DNA of 63,767 bases, counting the filler, from Dicyema japonicum (lineage: Eukaryota > Animalia > Dicyemida): NCBI GenBank assembly GCA_011109175.1. It is 14 parts of 13 records of this genome, joined end to end, with 100 filler letters (N's around TTAATTAATTAA, not from the genome) between each part and the next. Parts side by side here need not be neighbours in the genome. Positions count along the whole stretch, not along the records: positions 1 to 6,151 come from RDEW01000039.1; positions 6,252 to 9,529 come from RDEW01000073.1; positions 9,630 to 19,757 come from RDEW01000105.1; 11 more parts are not named here. One strand, given 5' to 3'. Position 1 is the stretch's first letter, and every line of letters starts with the position of its first letter. Below the pieces are notes generated by a model. That model was given only the letters and a program-made list of their open reading frames with translations, did no database searches and was not told where the DNA came from. Of this stretch, positions 1 to 12,870 are shown in pieces. The position numbers and the translations under genes are program-made.

Positions 1-551
1 AAAAGAGAACAAATAAATAATTAAATGTATTCAGTTTCCATGGTCGCTGGAAAAGCGAGACCTTCTTATATTGCTAACAATCAGCCCAATACCAGCTGAG
101 GGAAGAAACCATGCAGTTTTAGGCGGAAACCTATTAAATTTTTTGGATTTCTGTAAATCAATTTTAAGTAAAAATTTTGAATTTAAATGTAAATAAAAAT
201 TAAATAAAATATATAATTTCTTTATGACAAATTGACTACTTTCACCTTGATGATTATTTGATGGACATAAACATTACATTCGTTGGTATCAACAAAAAAA
301 CATATATTCAGTCACTGGTTATCAAGAAAACTTTAAAGAACATTATTGTCTCATAAAGGAATCAAGACGATGTTTTGCGTCATAAAACTAGGTTAAATAG
401 CCAGTAATTTAATCACGTTTCTACAAGAAGCCTATCGGGTTGTTTTAAGTTAAATGTCCATTGCGGTTACATTAAATAAACGTTACAGTACTTGATATTG
501 ATGCTACATATACTAGGGTAGTTAGTTTTCATCTTTAACTAAATTAGAAAG

Positions 552-772
552 CTGCTATAAAAAAGGCTATTCTACCGAGCTGCCCTCTATTCCAAATACT
601 ATCGAATTATCTACAATCATACAAAAATTTTGAGCCGATACCATGTCCAATGAGAAGAGCTGTTCAGGATTCTCGACCCCGCCGGACTCGTCCTCACCTT
701 TGTCGGTCTGGGATCACTTAGTTAGATGAGAACTTTTATTTCTTTCTCTTTGACCCAGTGATCCTGGGGGTA
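552..772 (+). mobile_element. 5'-truncated LINE 3' end (same family as 37170-38050)
   Basis: Near-identical reverse complement of ~37170-37390. Encodes ...MPCPMRRAVQDSRPRRTRPHLCRSGIT* followed by a U-rich 3'UTR hairpin. Confidence 0.9.
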
Positions 773-1299
773 GTAATATAAAAGAAAGCTGCATTGTAGA
801 GAAATTCATGGTAAAAATTAATTTTGTGTTAAATAAAGTCAGTGAGGGGCCGCTGTATAACAAATGCACTGTAGGGATTGATGAGGCAGAGAAAAATCCT
901 GTTTTGTGTATTCATATCTCTCATTTTAGGTAATTTAGTGTTTGGGCATTTGTAGTGCCATTGCACATGGTGGACAATCGTAAAAAATAAAGGTTAATTT
1001 TTTTTAAAGGTTAATTTTTTTAACATTATTTTTTTAATTATTTAAACAAATTATTATTTTACTATTAAATAAATATTAAACAGCATGTAGTTTACAGGTT
1101 TTTTATGGCACGTATTTCTAAGTCTCCTCTGACTAAACAACATTAATTATGAACGAATTTCGGAGAATTTCAAATACATAATAACCATTAGTTAGTTACT
1201 TTGTAAGTTATGCTTAACGACAGTGAAGTGCTAAAAAGCACTTTGTTAACCTTCACAGGTTGTCAAATAAACAAAATTTCCGTTGGTAAAGATTTTTCG

Positions 1300-1518
1300 A
1301 TGATGTAGAGAGATCGCTTGACAACACATAGCCAACAAGAATTAAATGAATCTGAAATTGAAAACTTGAATTTGAAGGTGACTAAGGCTCTTTTGAAATG
1401 TGACATTCCGCTTAACAAATTATCAATGTCTTTCGCATTTCAAGATATTTTGAGGACAAACAGAAACTTTTGTACACGAAATCTGGAAAATTACGTAATG
1501 TCCATTTCCAATAAATAG
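1300..1518 (+). mobile_element. hAT-like (CGGBP1-type) transposase remnant
   Basis: KVTKALLKCDIPLNKL resembles the 'AL..ANIPL.KL' motif and the paralogous fragment near 41380 (KVTRSILEANIPIYKM). Confidence 0.45.
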
Positions 1519-1927
1519 TCTTTAAAAAATAAGTTGGTAATCCTTATGCTAAAAAAATTTTATTTTGTTTAAAAAATATAAAATAGATAAAATCTAATTA
1601 TTTAAATAACAACTAAAGNAGTTTTCTTTTATTGGTTCGTATCTATATTTTACAAGTTCAAATTGAGAAAAAAGTAAAGTTAAATTTTTTAATTTTAAGG
1701 TTAAAAAGTTTGGTTTATAAGTTAATAAAGTTAACTTTTTAAAGTTAAATTTTTTCAAGTTTTTAGTTTTTTTTTTTTTGAATTAATAAAATTTTTTATT
1801 AAACAGTTTTTAGTTAAAAAATGTTTGCCCCAATTATAATATGTCACGGCCCGTACGTGGCCTCGGCCCACACATGGTGGAGGCTAGTAAAATTACAAAA
1901 TCTTCTATACCAGAATCAACTTAAATA

Positions 1928-2790
1928 TGTCACATGGGCCAAGCGTTACCTATGGGCAGCCTGTTACATTAACCTTGAACCAAGATTAACTTCAATTAAC
2001 TTCAATTAATTTTATAAATGATTTATTAACCACAAAAAATTAAATTTAAGTAACTTTTTTTAGTCTACTCATTAATACAGTCGATATTTCTCCTTTCGAA
2101 TTTTTTATCTATCAAATTAAACTATTTAAAACTACCTCCACGCGATTATTCGATAAAATATTAATTATTTCTGCAACTGGATAATACTTATTTATTGATT
2201 TTTAAATTCAGATCCATTGTCCGACTAAAGAAATTTACATGGCCCATNGATACTTGGATTGAAAGATAATCCAATAATCTAGAATGTTTAGCAACTATAT
2301 TTGTTTAAACAATATTTTGTCACATGGGCCAAGCGTTACCTATGGGCAGCCTGTTACATTAACCTTGAACCAAGATTAACTTCAATTAATTTTATAAATG
2401 ATTTATTAACCACAAAAAATTAAATTTAAGTAACTTTTTTTAGTATACTCATTAATACAGTCGATATTTTTCCTTTCGAATTTTTTATCTATCAAATTAA
2501 ACTATTTAAAACTACCTCCACGCGATTATTCGATAAAATATTAATTATTTCTGCAACTGGATAATACTGAGACTCAAACTTATCCAGTCGCAATCAGGTA
2601 TTTGTTCCAAAGTCTTTTTTAGCCCGAACCTATTTATTAATGTTTTTGATTCATACTTTATCTCCCATGTTAAAAGTATATTTACTATTATGAACATTCA
2701 TTTTCCTGTTCATAGCTTTGTAATAATTCGAATTTTCTTCAATCGATTTAATTTCGAAATTGAATCTCTTCGCATTCGGACACAAATTAT
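1928..2790 (-). mobile_element. Integrase C-terminal fragment repeat (Ginger2/Ty3-like), internally duplicated
   Basis: 1930-2190 recurs at ~2320-2570, and 2470-2790 recurs at ~19300-19620. The minus strand gives FNMGDKV...KFESQYYPVAEIINILSNNRVEV with stops. Confidence 0.55.
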
Positions 2791-5700
2791 CNNNAAGAGA
2801 AAAAAAATTATAGTCTTATCCATTTAGTTCCCATCACTTGTATGAATGAAATATCCAAATTTGATGTAAATAAACCTTAAAGAGTCTGGAATCTGTGCTT
2901 AACATGGTTGTGCAACAGTGGACAATGTGCAGGCTAGAAGTCTCGACGGAATGTCCTCATAGAAATTGTGTTATTATTATTATTAACCCAAAAATCCCAA
3001 TAGTTAATTTCTTGAAATCAATTATGTGATCCCGACAATCCTGATGAGCTCTCTCATCTTCTCCCGATGATGACTTTTGACCCAAAACAGTCACGGTACT
3101 TGTGGAGAAAATGATCGTGAGAAGACCAACTAAGGCGATGAAATTGCTCAAAGAAATAGTGTTGAAATCCATTTACGACAATCCTGATGAGCTCTCTCAG
3201 CTTCTCCCGATGATGACTTTTGACCCAACACAGTCACGGTACTTGTGGAGAAAATGATCGTGAGAAGACCAACTAAGGCGATGAAATTGCTCAAAGAAAT
3301 AGTGTTGAAATCCATTTAGTAAAAAACAATTAAGAATTTGTATAATCGAACTAGGAAGCTTCATACCCCTATTCCAGAACTCGTTGCAATGTGCTACATA
3401 ATCTATCACCTTACAAACGGTGTCCTAATAATTTTGCCATTTCTCCGGCTTTGTTTAATCTTGTTTAATCTTTGTTTAATAAACTCGTTGAACAATTATT
3501 ATATACCGAAATTCACACCATCTACCACATCCACTGCGAAAACCTATCATCTCCTAGTGGAAGCCCACCTGAATTCCCATCAATAGACGTGCATCGTGTG
3601 TTATATAAATTGTTCATAAAATGTGATAAAATGTGTCATCGTGGGTTATATAAATTGTTTATAAAATGTAACAAGAATCCCAGTTCTTTTTAATTATACA
3701 TATTTTCTTATTTGTTATAGGAATTTGTCTTTTTTATGCAGTTGTAAAGGTTAGCGAATAGGATGAAAGAATCTTTTATTTAGATTCAGTTATTGAAAAT
3801 CTTTTATTCATGTGTCTACTAAATCGAATCTTGAACTATTAAGGAGTGTCTTGTCTACTTTGATGTTCTTCACTATTGTCATATTGACTCATTTCTACGA
3901 CTTAGATATTANTTGTTATAGGAATTTGTCTTTTTTATGCAGTTGTAAAGGTTAGCGAATAGGATGAAAGAATCTTTTATTTAGATTCAGTTATTGAGAA
4001 TCTTTTATTCATGTGTCTACTAAATCGAATCTTGAACTATTAAGGAGTGTCTTGTCTACTTTGATGTTCTTCACTATTGTCATATTGACTCATTTCTACG
4101 AGTTAGATATTAAAGCTACGGACATCTACTTTTTTTCTATAGAACTAATATCGTTTATACTATTTCTCTTAATTCAATCACTTCATCATATACAAGAGGA
4201 AGAGGCATGCATCATTATAAACTCATAACGACAATTAACTATGATTTTTTTTACTAAAAAAACCAATTAATAACCAGTACTTAGAAGATTTATCAAAAAT
4301 TTACCAACTACTTTAATTTTGCATGTATTTAATTTTCAACTCCTGATATATGAAAGAAGTCAAGAGAAATGTCTAAAATGTTTCTAGTTACCACGGTCAC
4401 ACTAAGTTCACGGCTCTTCTTACCAATCGCGTTATCGACATCAACACATTATGAGCCTCACCAGTGGATAAAGAAGCTCTATATATTCTTTGGATGACGA
4501 CTGTTTACTAAGCTTCTTTTGAAACAGGTTGATTACTTAAAACTACTTCGATTTGAAAAAAGTACATATCAGAAATGAGTCATTTGGCGCTTCATTTCAA
4601 GCATCATGTTTATCTAAATCCCCAATTGTGGGAACATATGCAGTGGATTAGAAAAGCTAGAGATCAATAAGGGATACTGACCTACTATTAGACGTATCTC
4701 AAATAGGTAGTTTATTTGATGCCTTTTAAGATTTGAAGTAAACAAAGAAAGAAAGGAATTTTTTCGAAAGGGCAAACAACAGAAAATAATTAATTATAAA
4801 GAAACTCGAAAAAATCTTACTGACATGTAGGACATGCTTTTTTGTAATATAATATTAATTATCTTTTATTTTTAATACATATTTATTAAAATATTTAAAA
4901 TGTGTTTTTTTCCATTTAGTGGCGTATTTAAAGTAATAAACATTGTTTTTAACTACCTCTTGTTAACAAATTATTTGTTTGTATTTTACCATATATAATA
5001 TGAAATTGCACAAACAGAGACTCTTAGTAAAGTTTTAGAAGTTCTACACACGTGCATACAAAATTTGAAAAGCATTTGTTTTTTCAGACATTTTTCTATT
5101 TCGGAAATCAAGGATCATTAATTATTTCTTATTTGGTCATAAATAACTACATAATACTTACCAGGCGGCAAATAAATTTGTTAGACTCTACTTTTTTATA
5201 CGAATGAGTGATCTTCACCTTCTTTTCTGGGTCAATTCAATTTGGTGACCAGTTACTCGACAGCAGCCATTAAGTTAAGCTGTAATTTTAGCTTTGTTAA
5301 CATATGGGAAGCTGAGAATCTCACCATTATTAACACCATATTTATTATATCAATTCACCTTTGTAAAGTATAATTGTTGATTCATTGGAAGACTCAGGTT
5401 TTATAACTATAATGCTTAAGACCATTAAATTTAGTTGGTGCTAATAGTGTAGTCTTATAATAGAATATCATAAAGATCAGAGAGTGAACGTACTTTGACC
5501 CAGATTCCAAAGCACAATATTCCCAAGATTTCAGGAAAGGCAAGATTCGAACCTGTATGGCGAATAATTTAAAAAATATTGATATTTGACGAATCAAATC
5601 TATGGAAGAGTATATTGTCGGGGGTTTGGACACATATGTGGTCAATAAGATCCCCATTAGCAAAAAATGTTGATCCATCGATGTGATCTTCATTCCAAAC

Positions 5701-5829
5701 GTCAATAACATGATTTGACACTAGAAATGTTCCCATCCACTCTTGAAGGTGTCCGGTACCGAGTCTTGAAAGGAATCGTCCACGGAGTGACAACGGGTGT
5801 ACTAGCCCGTTTTAAACTAAGTTTAGTGA

Positions 5830-5960
5830 TATTTGACTGAGCTTAACGTATGATCACATCCAATCTGAATGTCGTGGGTTCGAATCTAATAGATGGAGTT
5901 TTTAGCAAACAAAAGAAAAAAAGAAGTGAAGAGCAATCATTGATTTTCAGTTATGATTAG
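5830..5960 (+). repeat. Possible tRNA-derived SINE fragment
   Basis: B-box-like GGTTCGAATC at ~5877. Downstream AAAGAAGTGAAGAGCA is shared with the repeats at ~43500 and ~57960. No complete cloverleaf. Confidence 0.35.
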
Positions 5961-6251
5961 TGTAAGGTTTGTTATTCGTACAGCCGTATCCGTACTGATC
6001 ATCGTGTTTACAGGAATCTCCACAATTTCATTTTCGACAACAGATTGTACAGAGTGGGTCTTCAGTTTATTAATTATTCTTATTTCATATTATTTTTGTT
6101 AATAAATTGATTATTAATAAAATTTTTGAGCTTGTTAAATCTCGTAAAAAANNNNNNNNNNNNNNNNNNNNNNNNNNNNNNNNNNNNNNNNNNNNTTAAT
6201 TAATTAANNNNNNNNNNNNNNNNNNNNNNNNNNNNNNNNNNNNNNNNNNNN

Positions 6252-7470
6252 TTAAAATCAATTTTTATAAGATTTAAAAAAGATGACTTTTTTACCTAAA
6301 GATGTCGAGGACCTTAGAAAAATCAATTTTTATAAGATATAAAAAGATGACTCTTTTACCTAAAGATGTCGAGGACCTTGGTAAAATATCTCGTGATGTC
6401 TATTGATGAACGTATCCAAAACCTGAGAAATTTTATTGGAGGCCATTTTGAGTGTTTGGAACTTTTAGTCAGAATGTTAGTCAGCGAGATTTGCACACAA
6501 ATTAGAGTCAGGAAAACCAAGCCTTGACTGCATGGTTATTCAATTTAGGAACTCCTGTGGGGCTGAGTTAGGCTTACGAGTCTTTTAAAGAAATATTAGT
6601 GAATTTTAGAGCTCGCTCGGCCTGGGCAATATATCATCAGATCTCATTTTTATGGATAGCCAGTTATGAAAAATAACCTTACAGTCGACTGAGATGTACG
6701 ATCTGACAAATATTGGTATTCCATATAGATTCTGATTTAGTGAAAGACAAAATTCAAGATAACACATTAAACAGAATTTTTTTATTCTAAATTTCTGGAA
6801 AACAGTATTTCTTATTAGATTATAAAGTGATTGGCAGAATTCATCTCTCAGAAATTTTATTATCTGTTTGATACTTTTATTTAGTTGTCTGATGGATTCA
6901 ACTCTGTCGAATAGCATCATTTCGTTTGGTCCTTTGTTTTATGAGTGTAAGTGTCCGGGAATTGAGAATAGGTATAAAATTCGTGAAGGATGAAAAAAGA
7001 ATAAATATGTTGTCAGCCTTTTGAATGGACACACTGATGATTTTTGCGACTTCAAATGGAAATAGTCATTTGACCAATCAAGATCTACGAAGTCAGAGAA
7101 CCAGGGCAGTCAAATTTTTATAATTTTTCATGGTTTTCATTTCTGTCAGCAATGTTAGGCGTCTCAGAAATCTTTTTACGTAAGATGGATGGAATTATGG
7201 TCGCTTGAGAAACCATAGTTCACGTCCCATGTAGTGATTTCTGTTAAAGTGTATGAACATAAGGTTAAATCAGGAGATGTGCAGCTCTCAGTGCTCTTTA
7301 ATAGGATTCTTGTGTGTAATTCACGATAAACATAACATAAGACCATTTGCGATGAACTCGCTTCGGGTGTCAGAGGACTGTGAAGGTAGCCAAACATGGT
7401 CACGATCATTTAGGTCATCACATATTAGAGCGTTCTTTAGTAATGAGAGGCGAGGTATATTTTGAACCAG
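6252..7470 (-). mobile_element. Degraded APE-type LINE (endonuclease to RT start)
   Basis: Minus-strand ICDLNDRDHVW..DTRSEF and TSPDLTLCS...WDVNYGFSSDHNSI match APE 'GDFN.H..W' and 'SDH' motifs. Many stops and frameshifts. Confidence 0.65.
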
Positions 7471-8229
7471 AGATATACTACATAATATGAATTTTATGTA
7501 ACTAGTGTAAGAACAACATTTAATTAACTCATCAATTCGAAATAAAAATTTAAATACAAACTGTATTTATTTTATGGCTAACTTGATTTCTTTTAATTTT
7601 AACAGCATGGATTTAGTGATGTTTTATGTCTCAATTTAGGGGATATATCAAAGATCTTGTCGAATATGAAAAAATTAGACAGATCTTATGTGGAATCGAT
7701 CTTGAAGATATAAGTACTCAAATGAAACGGAGAGTATGAGAAATGGCCTCACAATTTTCGCTTAGAAACGATTAGTTTAATTCTGATTTAATTTAGACTT
7801 TTCTTAAAAGGAAAGACAAAAAAATCTGGTTGAAATCTGGTTGAAGTGGAACTAACTACACTATACCATTTTCAGTTCAATTCTGACATTTTTAAATCTA
7901 ATTAGACCATGCGATGTTCTATTTTGACATTTTTTAAATCTATTTTGACAAAGCAATATTCATAATTGACAATGCGATTAGCAATATTGACATTTTTGCA
8001 TCAATTTTAACTATGCGATGTTCAATTTTAACATTTTTTAAATATATTTTAACATTGAAATATACATCTTTGACAATGGAATTAACATTATTAATTAACA
8101 ACTTAATCATATAATGGAATCCCAATCGGACAATTTCCATTTAATTTTTCAACATTCCTGTATAAATATCGTATTTTCTCTCGCGTTAGATGTGTTATAG
8201 AATAGTCCAAAGCATTTTGTAGTAATTGA

Positions 8230-8500
8230 GCTCGAAATTCTGTTAGAATTCTATTTCCTGCTGCAATAACATCATTATGTTAGATAAATACGTCTTCATT
8301 CCAGCCTCAAGAATGAAAAAACAGCCTTCACATGGATTAAGTTAGGAGAATATGGTGCATCAAATCTTCGTATAGTATGTTCTACTCGTAAACCTTCAAA
8401 ATTTCCTTCCTTGCAGGATTGTATGATGATTCCTAAATATATAGAGTTGAATATTTAGATCGTCCTTTCAATGTTGTTACCTCTTTCGATATGTGCAGAT
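8230..8500 (-). mobile_element. Tc1/IS630 transposase C-terminal remnant
   Basis: Frameshifted APYSP-LNPCEGCFFILEAGMKTYL matches the 'PYSPDLNPIE..F..LK' motif. Confidence 0.5.
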
Positions 8501-9799
8501 TTTCTGCCTTGAACAACCAAAAAAGACTTTCTCCTCTTTTCTTATTAAGTCCTCCTCACTGTGGTGGTGTCAAATCACACGCACATATCCCTTGACGTTT
8601 TCTGAGAAATTGATGAAAATCTACGTTCTACGTTGTAGCCACGTGTTACCATGTATCTCAATTCTAAGATGTTAAATAAATGTTGAAAACATCTAATAAA
8701 GTAAGAGGTTAAATCAATGTTGAAGACATATAGTTATTTCTTAGAGCATTAGAACTAAAAGCTATTTAATAAATTAATATTATTAAAAAAATATTAATAT
8801 TATTTAAAAATTCGATAATAACAAGTCAACAACTAACTCTAATTTAATTTCTCAGGCACGTAAATTAGCATCTTTGTACGTAGCTCGTCTATTGGAGGTA
8901 ACTATCATACTGCTTGGATTGATTACACACGATGGAAATGAAAAGGAATATGACTATAGTAAAATCAAGTTTCTGACTCAAACATTGAATATGAATTAGC
9001 TGCATTTTAATACCAAAAGATGATGGTCTTCTCCCGTCGATCTTCTAAGAATCTGATGAAAGGTTTGAGATTTGATATTTTTATCGTTAACATACTTAAA
9101 AAACAAATCAAATAATAATCATATTCTCCAAATATTTTACTTGAAATCGCAAGCATTTAGGGGCAATCACAAATTTTTCTGATGTGAGTTGCATTCAAAT
9201 AATTAAAGCCAATAGAATTATCTGTAGCAATATTAGACCCAAAAAAGTGTTCTGTTAATATAAGGAAGAACAATCAACATTCTACTATAACAGTGATGTC
9301 CGCAATATGGTGTTTCAGGGAATGATATAAATATATTGGATTGTTGTATAAGAATTTGGAAAATGAAGACAGTAACTCGTATGTGAATATATTAAATCGT
9401 AGAATTCTCGTTATTGAAGGAATACAGCTTGATTAGAAGTTACCAAAATAATTAAGCGTCGACCATTTTGATAACAGCCAGATTAAATTCAATAACAAAA
9501 ATATGACAGAATATTCCACTAAAGATATANNNNNNNNNNNNNNNNNNNNNNNNNNNNNNNNNNNNNNNNNNNNTTAATTAATTAANNNNNNNNNNNNNNN
9601 NNNNNNNNNNNNNNNNNNNNNNNNNNNNNAAAATATTTCTAGTCAATACCAGCAACTTTTGTGAAAAAATTGGGCTTCTGCGCCCTCAGCTTTCAAATGG
9701 TTCAAAATACAATAAAGTAGTGAACAGCAAGTAGTGAGTAATTTGATTTAAAATTTTAATTTAATAGTATCGAGAGCCGTAGGATTTCTCACGGAGGCT

Positions 9800-12020
9800 T
9801 TTCTGAAATAAATAGGACGGACAGAGCAGAAAAAATCACTCGAATCGTTCTGGTTAAGGAAACGAGTCGCGATTGACGTATTGTGTGAAAACATATACGC
9901 AATCCTATCTGCAAATGATTAATTATTTAAATTTTTGTTAATAAATTTTTTGATAAATAAAAATATATTTAAACCAATACAGGGTTTCCTATTTATTTAA
10001 TAAATTTGTCATAAAATTTAATAACTTTGTCAAATATTTAATAACTTTGTCATAAAATTTAATAACTTTGTCAAAAATATTTAATAACTTTGTCAAAATT
10101 TAATAACTTTGTCAAAAAATAACTTTGTCAAATATTTAATAACTTCGTCAAAATTATTAATAAATTATTAAAATTTTAATAATAACTTTGTCAAAATTTA
10201 ATAACTTTGTATTTTAATAATTTGTATTATTTATGGGATTATTATTTATATTATTATTATTATATTTTTGGATCATTATTTATATTTATTGGATTTATTA
10301 AGTTCCTATAAATACAAATTTTAGCGCAAATTGAATTAAATGAATAGTTACAAAAACAAAAATACTACTGTATCCGAGGATAACCGAAAACTTATTATAA
10401 ATAAATATGAAGCAGGGTTGGCTTATTCAAAAATAAGCGAAGACATCTGTATTAACTACCAGACAGTTGTTTCTATCGTCAAAAAATATACAGGATTTTT
10501 TGCTTCAACAAGAAATAATTGTGGACGAATAAAAAACTTAATTCATCGGACATCTTATTTTTGACTAAAAAAATTGAATAAGATGCTTCATTTACGCTGA
10601 AGAATTTACAAAATTCTTTATTTGATGTGCAAAGAAAAAATGTCTCTCTATCGACAATAAATAAAACGATAGAGACATTTGGATATAGTTTTAAAAAAAT
10701 TCAATTTTTACCTTTGGCGAGAAATTCTACAATAAATATGGAAGAAAGATATAGATATGCCAAAAAAATAATTGAGATTGATAATCAACGACTTATTTTT
10801 ATAGACGAAATAAGAGTCAATTGTTCGATGAGATCCAAATTTGGAAGATCTATAAAAAGTGTTACTTCGAAAAAATGTATTAGAAACATAAAAGAAAAAA
10901 ATTTTTCTATTCGTGCTGCTATTTCTGTGGACGGCTTTTTACATTACGAAATCGATTCCTCCTCTTATTTCGCAGAGACGTTCAGTGATTTTGTATTACA
11001 GCTTAATTATAAGCTTGAACATGCAGGGGAAAAAGTATGGTTATATATTATATTTAAGGCATGGTATTGATATGTGACAATGCATCAATTCACAAGAGCG
11101 AGCAATTAAAAAATGTTGTATTCGGAATTGGTATCCAATTAATTTTTAACGTGTATAGGGTATGAATTGTATTTTTTGCCTCCTTATACTCCTCAACTCA
11201 ATCCAATTGAAGAGATTTTTTCTGTTTGGAAAAATAACATCAAAAAGAAAAATTGTAGGAACTTTGAGGAATTAATAAACGCAATCCAAAACATCGGAGA
11301 AATTCCATCAGATGTGTGCAATAATTTGTATAGCCACATGCGGAGCTATTTAGTTAAAGCATTGGCTTATGAAGAATTTTAATTTATAGTTGTTTTTTTC
11401 AATTAATTATAAAATTGGTTTCTTTTAATTTGACCCTTGACAAAGTTATTAAACATTTTGACAAAGTTATTAAGTATTTTGACGAATTATTAAACATTTT
11501 GACAAAGTTATTAAATTTTATGACAAATTTATTAAATTTTTTGACAAAGTTATTAAATTTTATGACAAAGTTATTAAATAAATAGGAAAACCCTGTATGA
11601 GATTTGTAATATTTTTTCTAACTTCCCGAATGAAAAATTGCAAGTAGATTTTATCGACTTAAAAAGGTATTTCTTATGGTTTAATTTTGTAGATTTAAAA
11701 CCTGTAATGATTCATTTTCTTGGTTACTCACTGTTTTTGACGTGTATTCAAAATTATCCAATAATCTTGTTATTGTAGAACAGGAGGATGGATCAGAATA
11801 TAAAGTTCATAAATAAAGACTTTAAAAATTGAGATTAATAAAGAAAATTAAATTTTTTTATTAAATAGATTGGGTTTTATTTAAAAAAAAATTTAAAAAA
11901 TAAAAGAAGACAATAGCTTAATGACATTGATGAAAGAATCTGAAACCGCATAGGGAATTAGCGTCTATTTGAAGAAAAGCGGCCGAAGGCTGCATAGGGA
12001 ATTAGTGTCTATCAGGGATG
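9800..12020 (+). mobile_element. Ginger2/KRBA2-like integrase remnant interrupted by the Tc1 element
   Basis: Right of the Tc1 insertion: SNFPNEKLQVDFIDLK|RFKTCNDSFSWLLTVFDVYSKLS after removing a 26-nt GT-AG intron (11667-11692). The motif GCGGCCGAA(A/G)GC..CATAG.GGA near 11980 recurs at ~44470 and ~44640. Confidence 0.55.
9980..11595 (+). mobile_element. Tc1/IS630-like DD34E DNA transposon, full length, with subterminal 19-21 bp repeat arrays; transposase frameshifted
   Basis: TA|CAGGGTTT(T)CCTATTTATTTAATAA inverted at both ends with TA TSDs. About 10 left and 7 right inverted copies of ATTTAATAACTTTGTCAAA. HTH (10340-10564), IFIDE, CDNASIHK and LPPYTPQLNPIEE. Removing intron 11131-11158 gives exactly D-x34-E. 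Second intron 11035-11058. Confidence 0.95.
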
Positions 12021-12099
12021 TAGGTTCATGCGAGATTTATAATAATGTTCTATCTATGTTTAGTTATTTTTCGTGATATACTTAGTAATTCTTATAGTT

Positions 12100-12870
12100 G
12101 TTGTGGTGTTGACATGTCCGTTTCTAATCATACCGAGAAATCGAATCCTATGGGCCTTCCTGGAAAATCAAATAAAGAAGATAGTATAGTAGAAGCAGGA
12201 CCGTCGTTTGTGGGGCTGGATAATGTCACAAGAACTAATATCAACATCGTTAGGAATATTGCTGCCCAAACCAATTTGCATTCACTATCTACCATTAATG
12301 AAAAGGTACACTGTGTCTCTGAAGCTGAGTGGGTTTCTCAGATTTTTTTGGCACGAAACAAAGATTTGGAAGGATACCTAGAGGTGGCTGGAACCTCGTA
12401 CTTAAAAAGTTCAATGAAAAATACTCCAAGAGTTCCAGTCTATGTCAGCTAAAAAAGATGCTGAAAATCGGAATAACAATGTAAAAGGAGGCGAATGTTT
12501 CAAAGTGCAAAATAATACTAATGTGGAAATTTCCACCTTCAGAAATTGCCTTGAGGAACTAAAAGTACAAATTGAGAAAATTAAGTCAATTCCGAGGGAT
12601 ACTCGAAAACCAACACCCAAAATTCAGAGAAAGTATGTCAGAGTTAATGTTTTGTCGGGACTAAATTCTGCAATATATTACGAAAGATCATCCTCCTCAA
12701 GATATCAATCAAATTACTGATATTCTATATGCTGCACAGTTTGCTTATATGACTTTAACTGCGAAGGTTAAACCGCAAAGTACATGGTTGGAGAACACTG
12801 AAAAGAAAATCTCAAAGCTGATGACAGAACTAGAACTTGTCAATCGCTTTTCCAGACAAGCTCTCCCATT
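12100..12870 (+). mobile_element. 5' ORF fragment of an R4-type (RT-REL) non-LTR retrotransposon
   Basis: Frameshifted RKPTPKIQRK...DINQITDILYAAQFAY...STWLENTEKKISKL resembles the 'LYAAQ..Y...W..IE.KI..L' pre-RT region of these elements. Confidence 0.5.

Noticed and set aside
9990-10210. ~20-bp repeat array as a CRISPR or minisatellite
   Set aside because: There are no unique spacers, and the array is mirrored at 11435-11580 as the subterminal region of a Tc1-like element.
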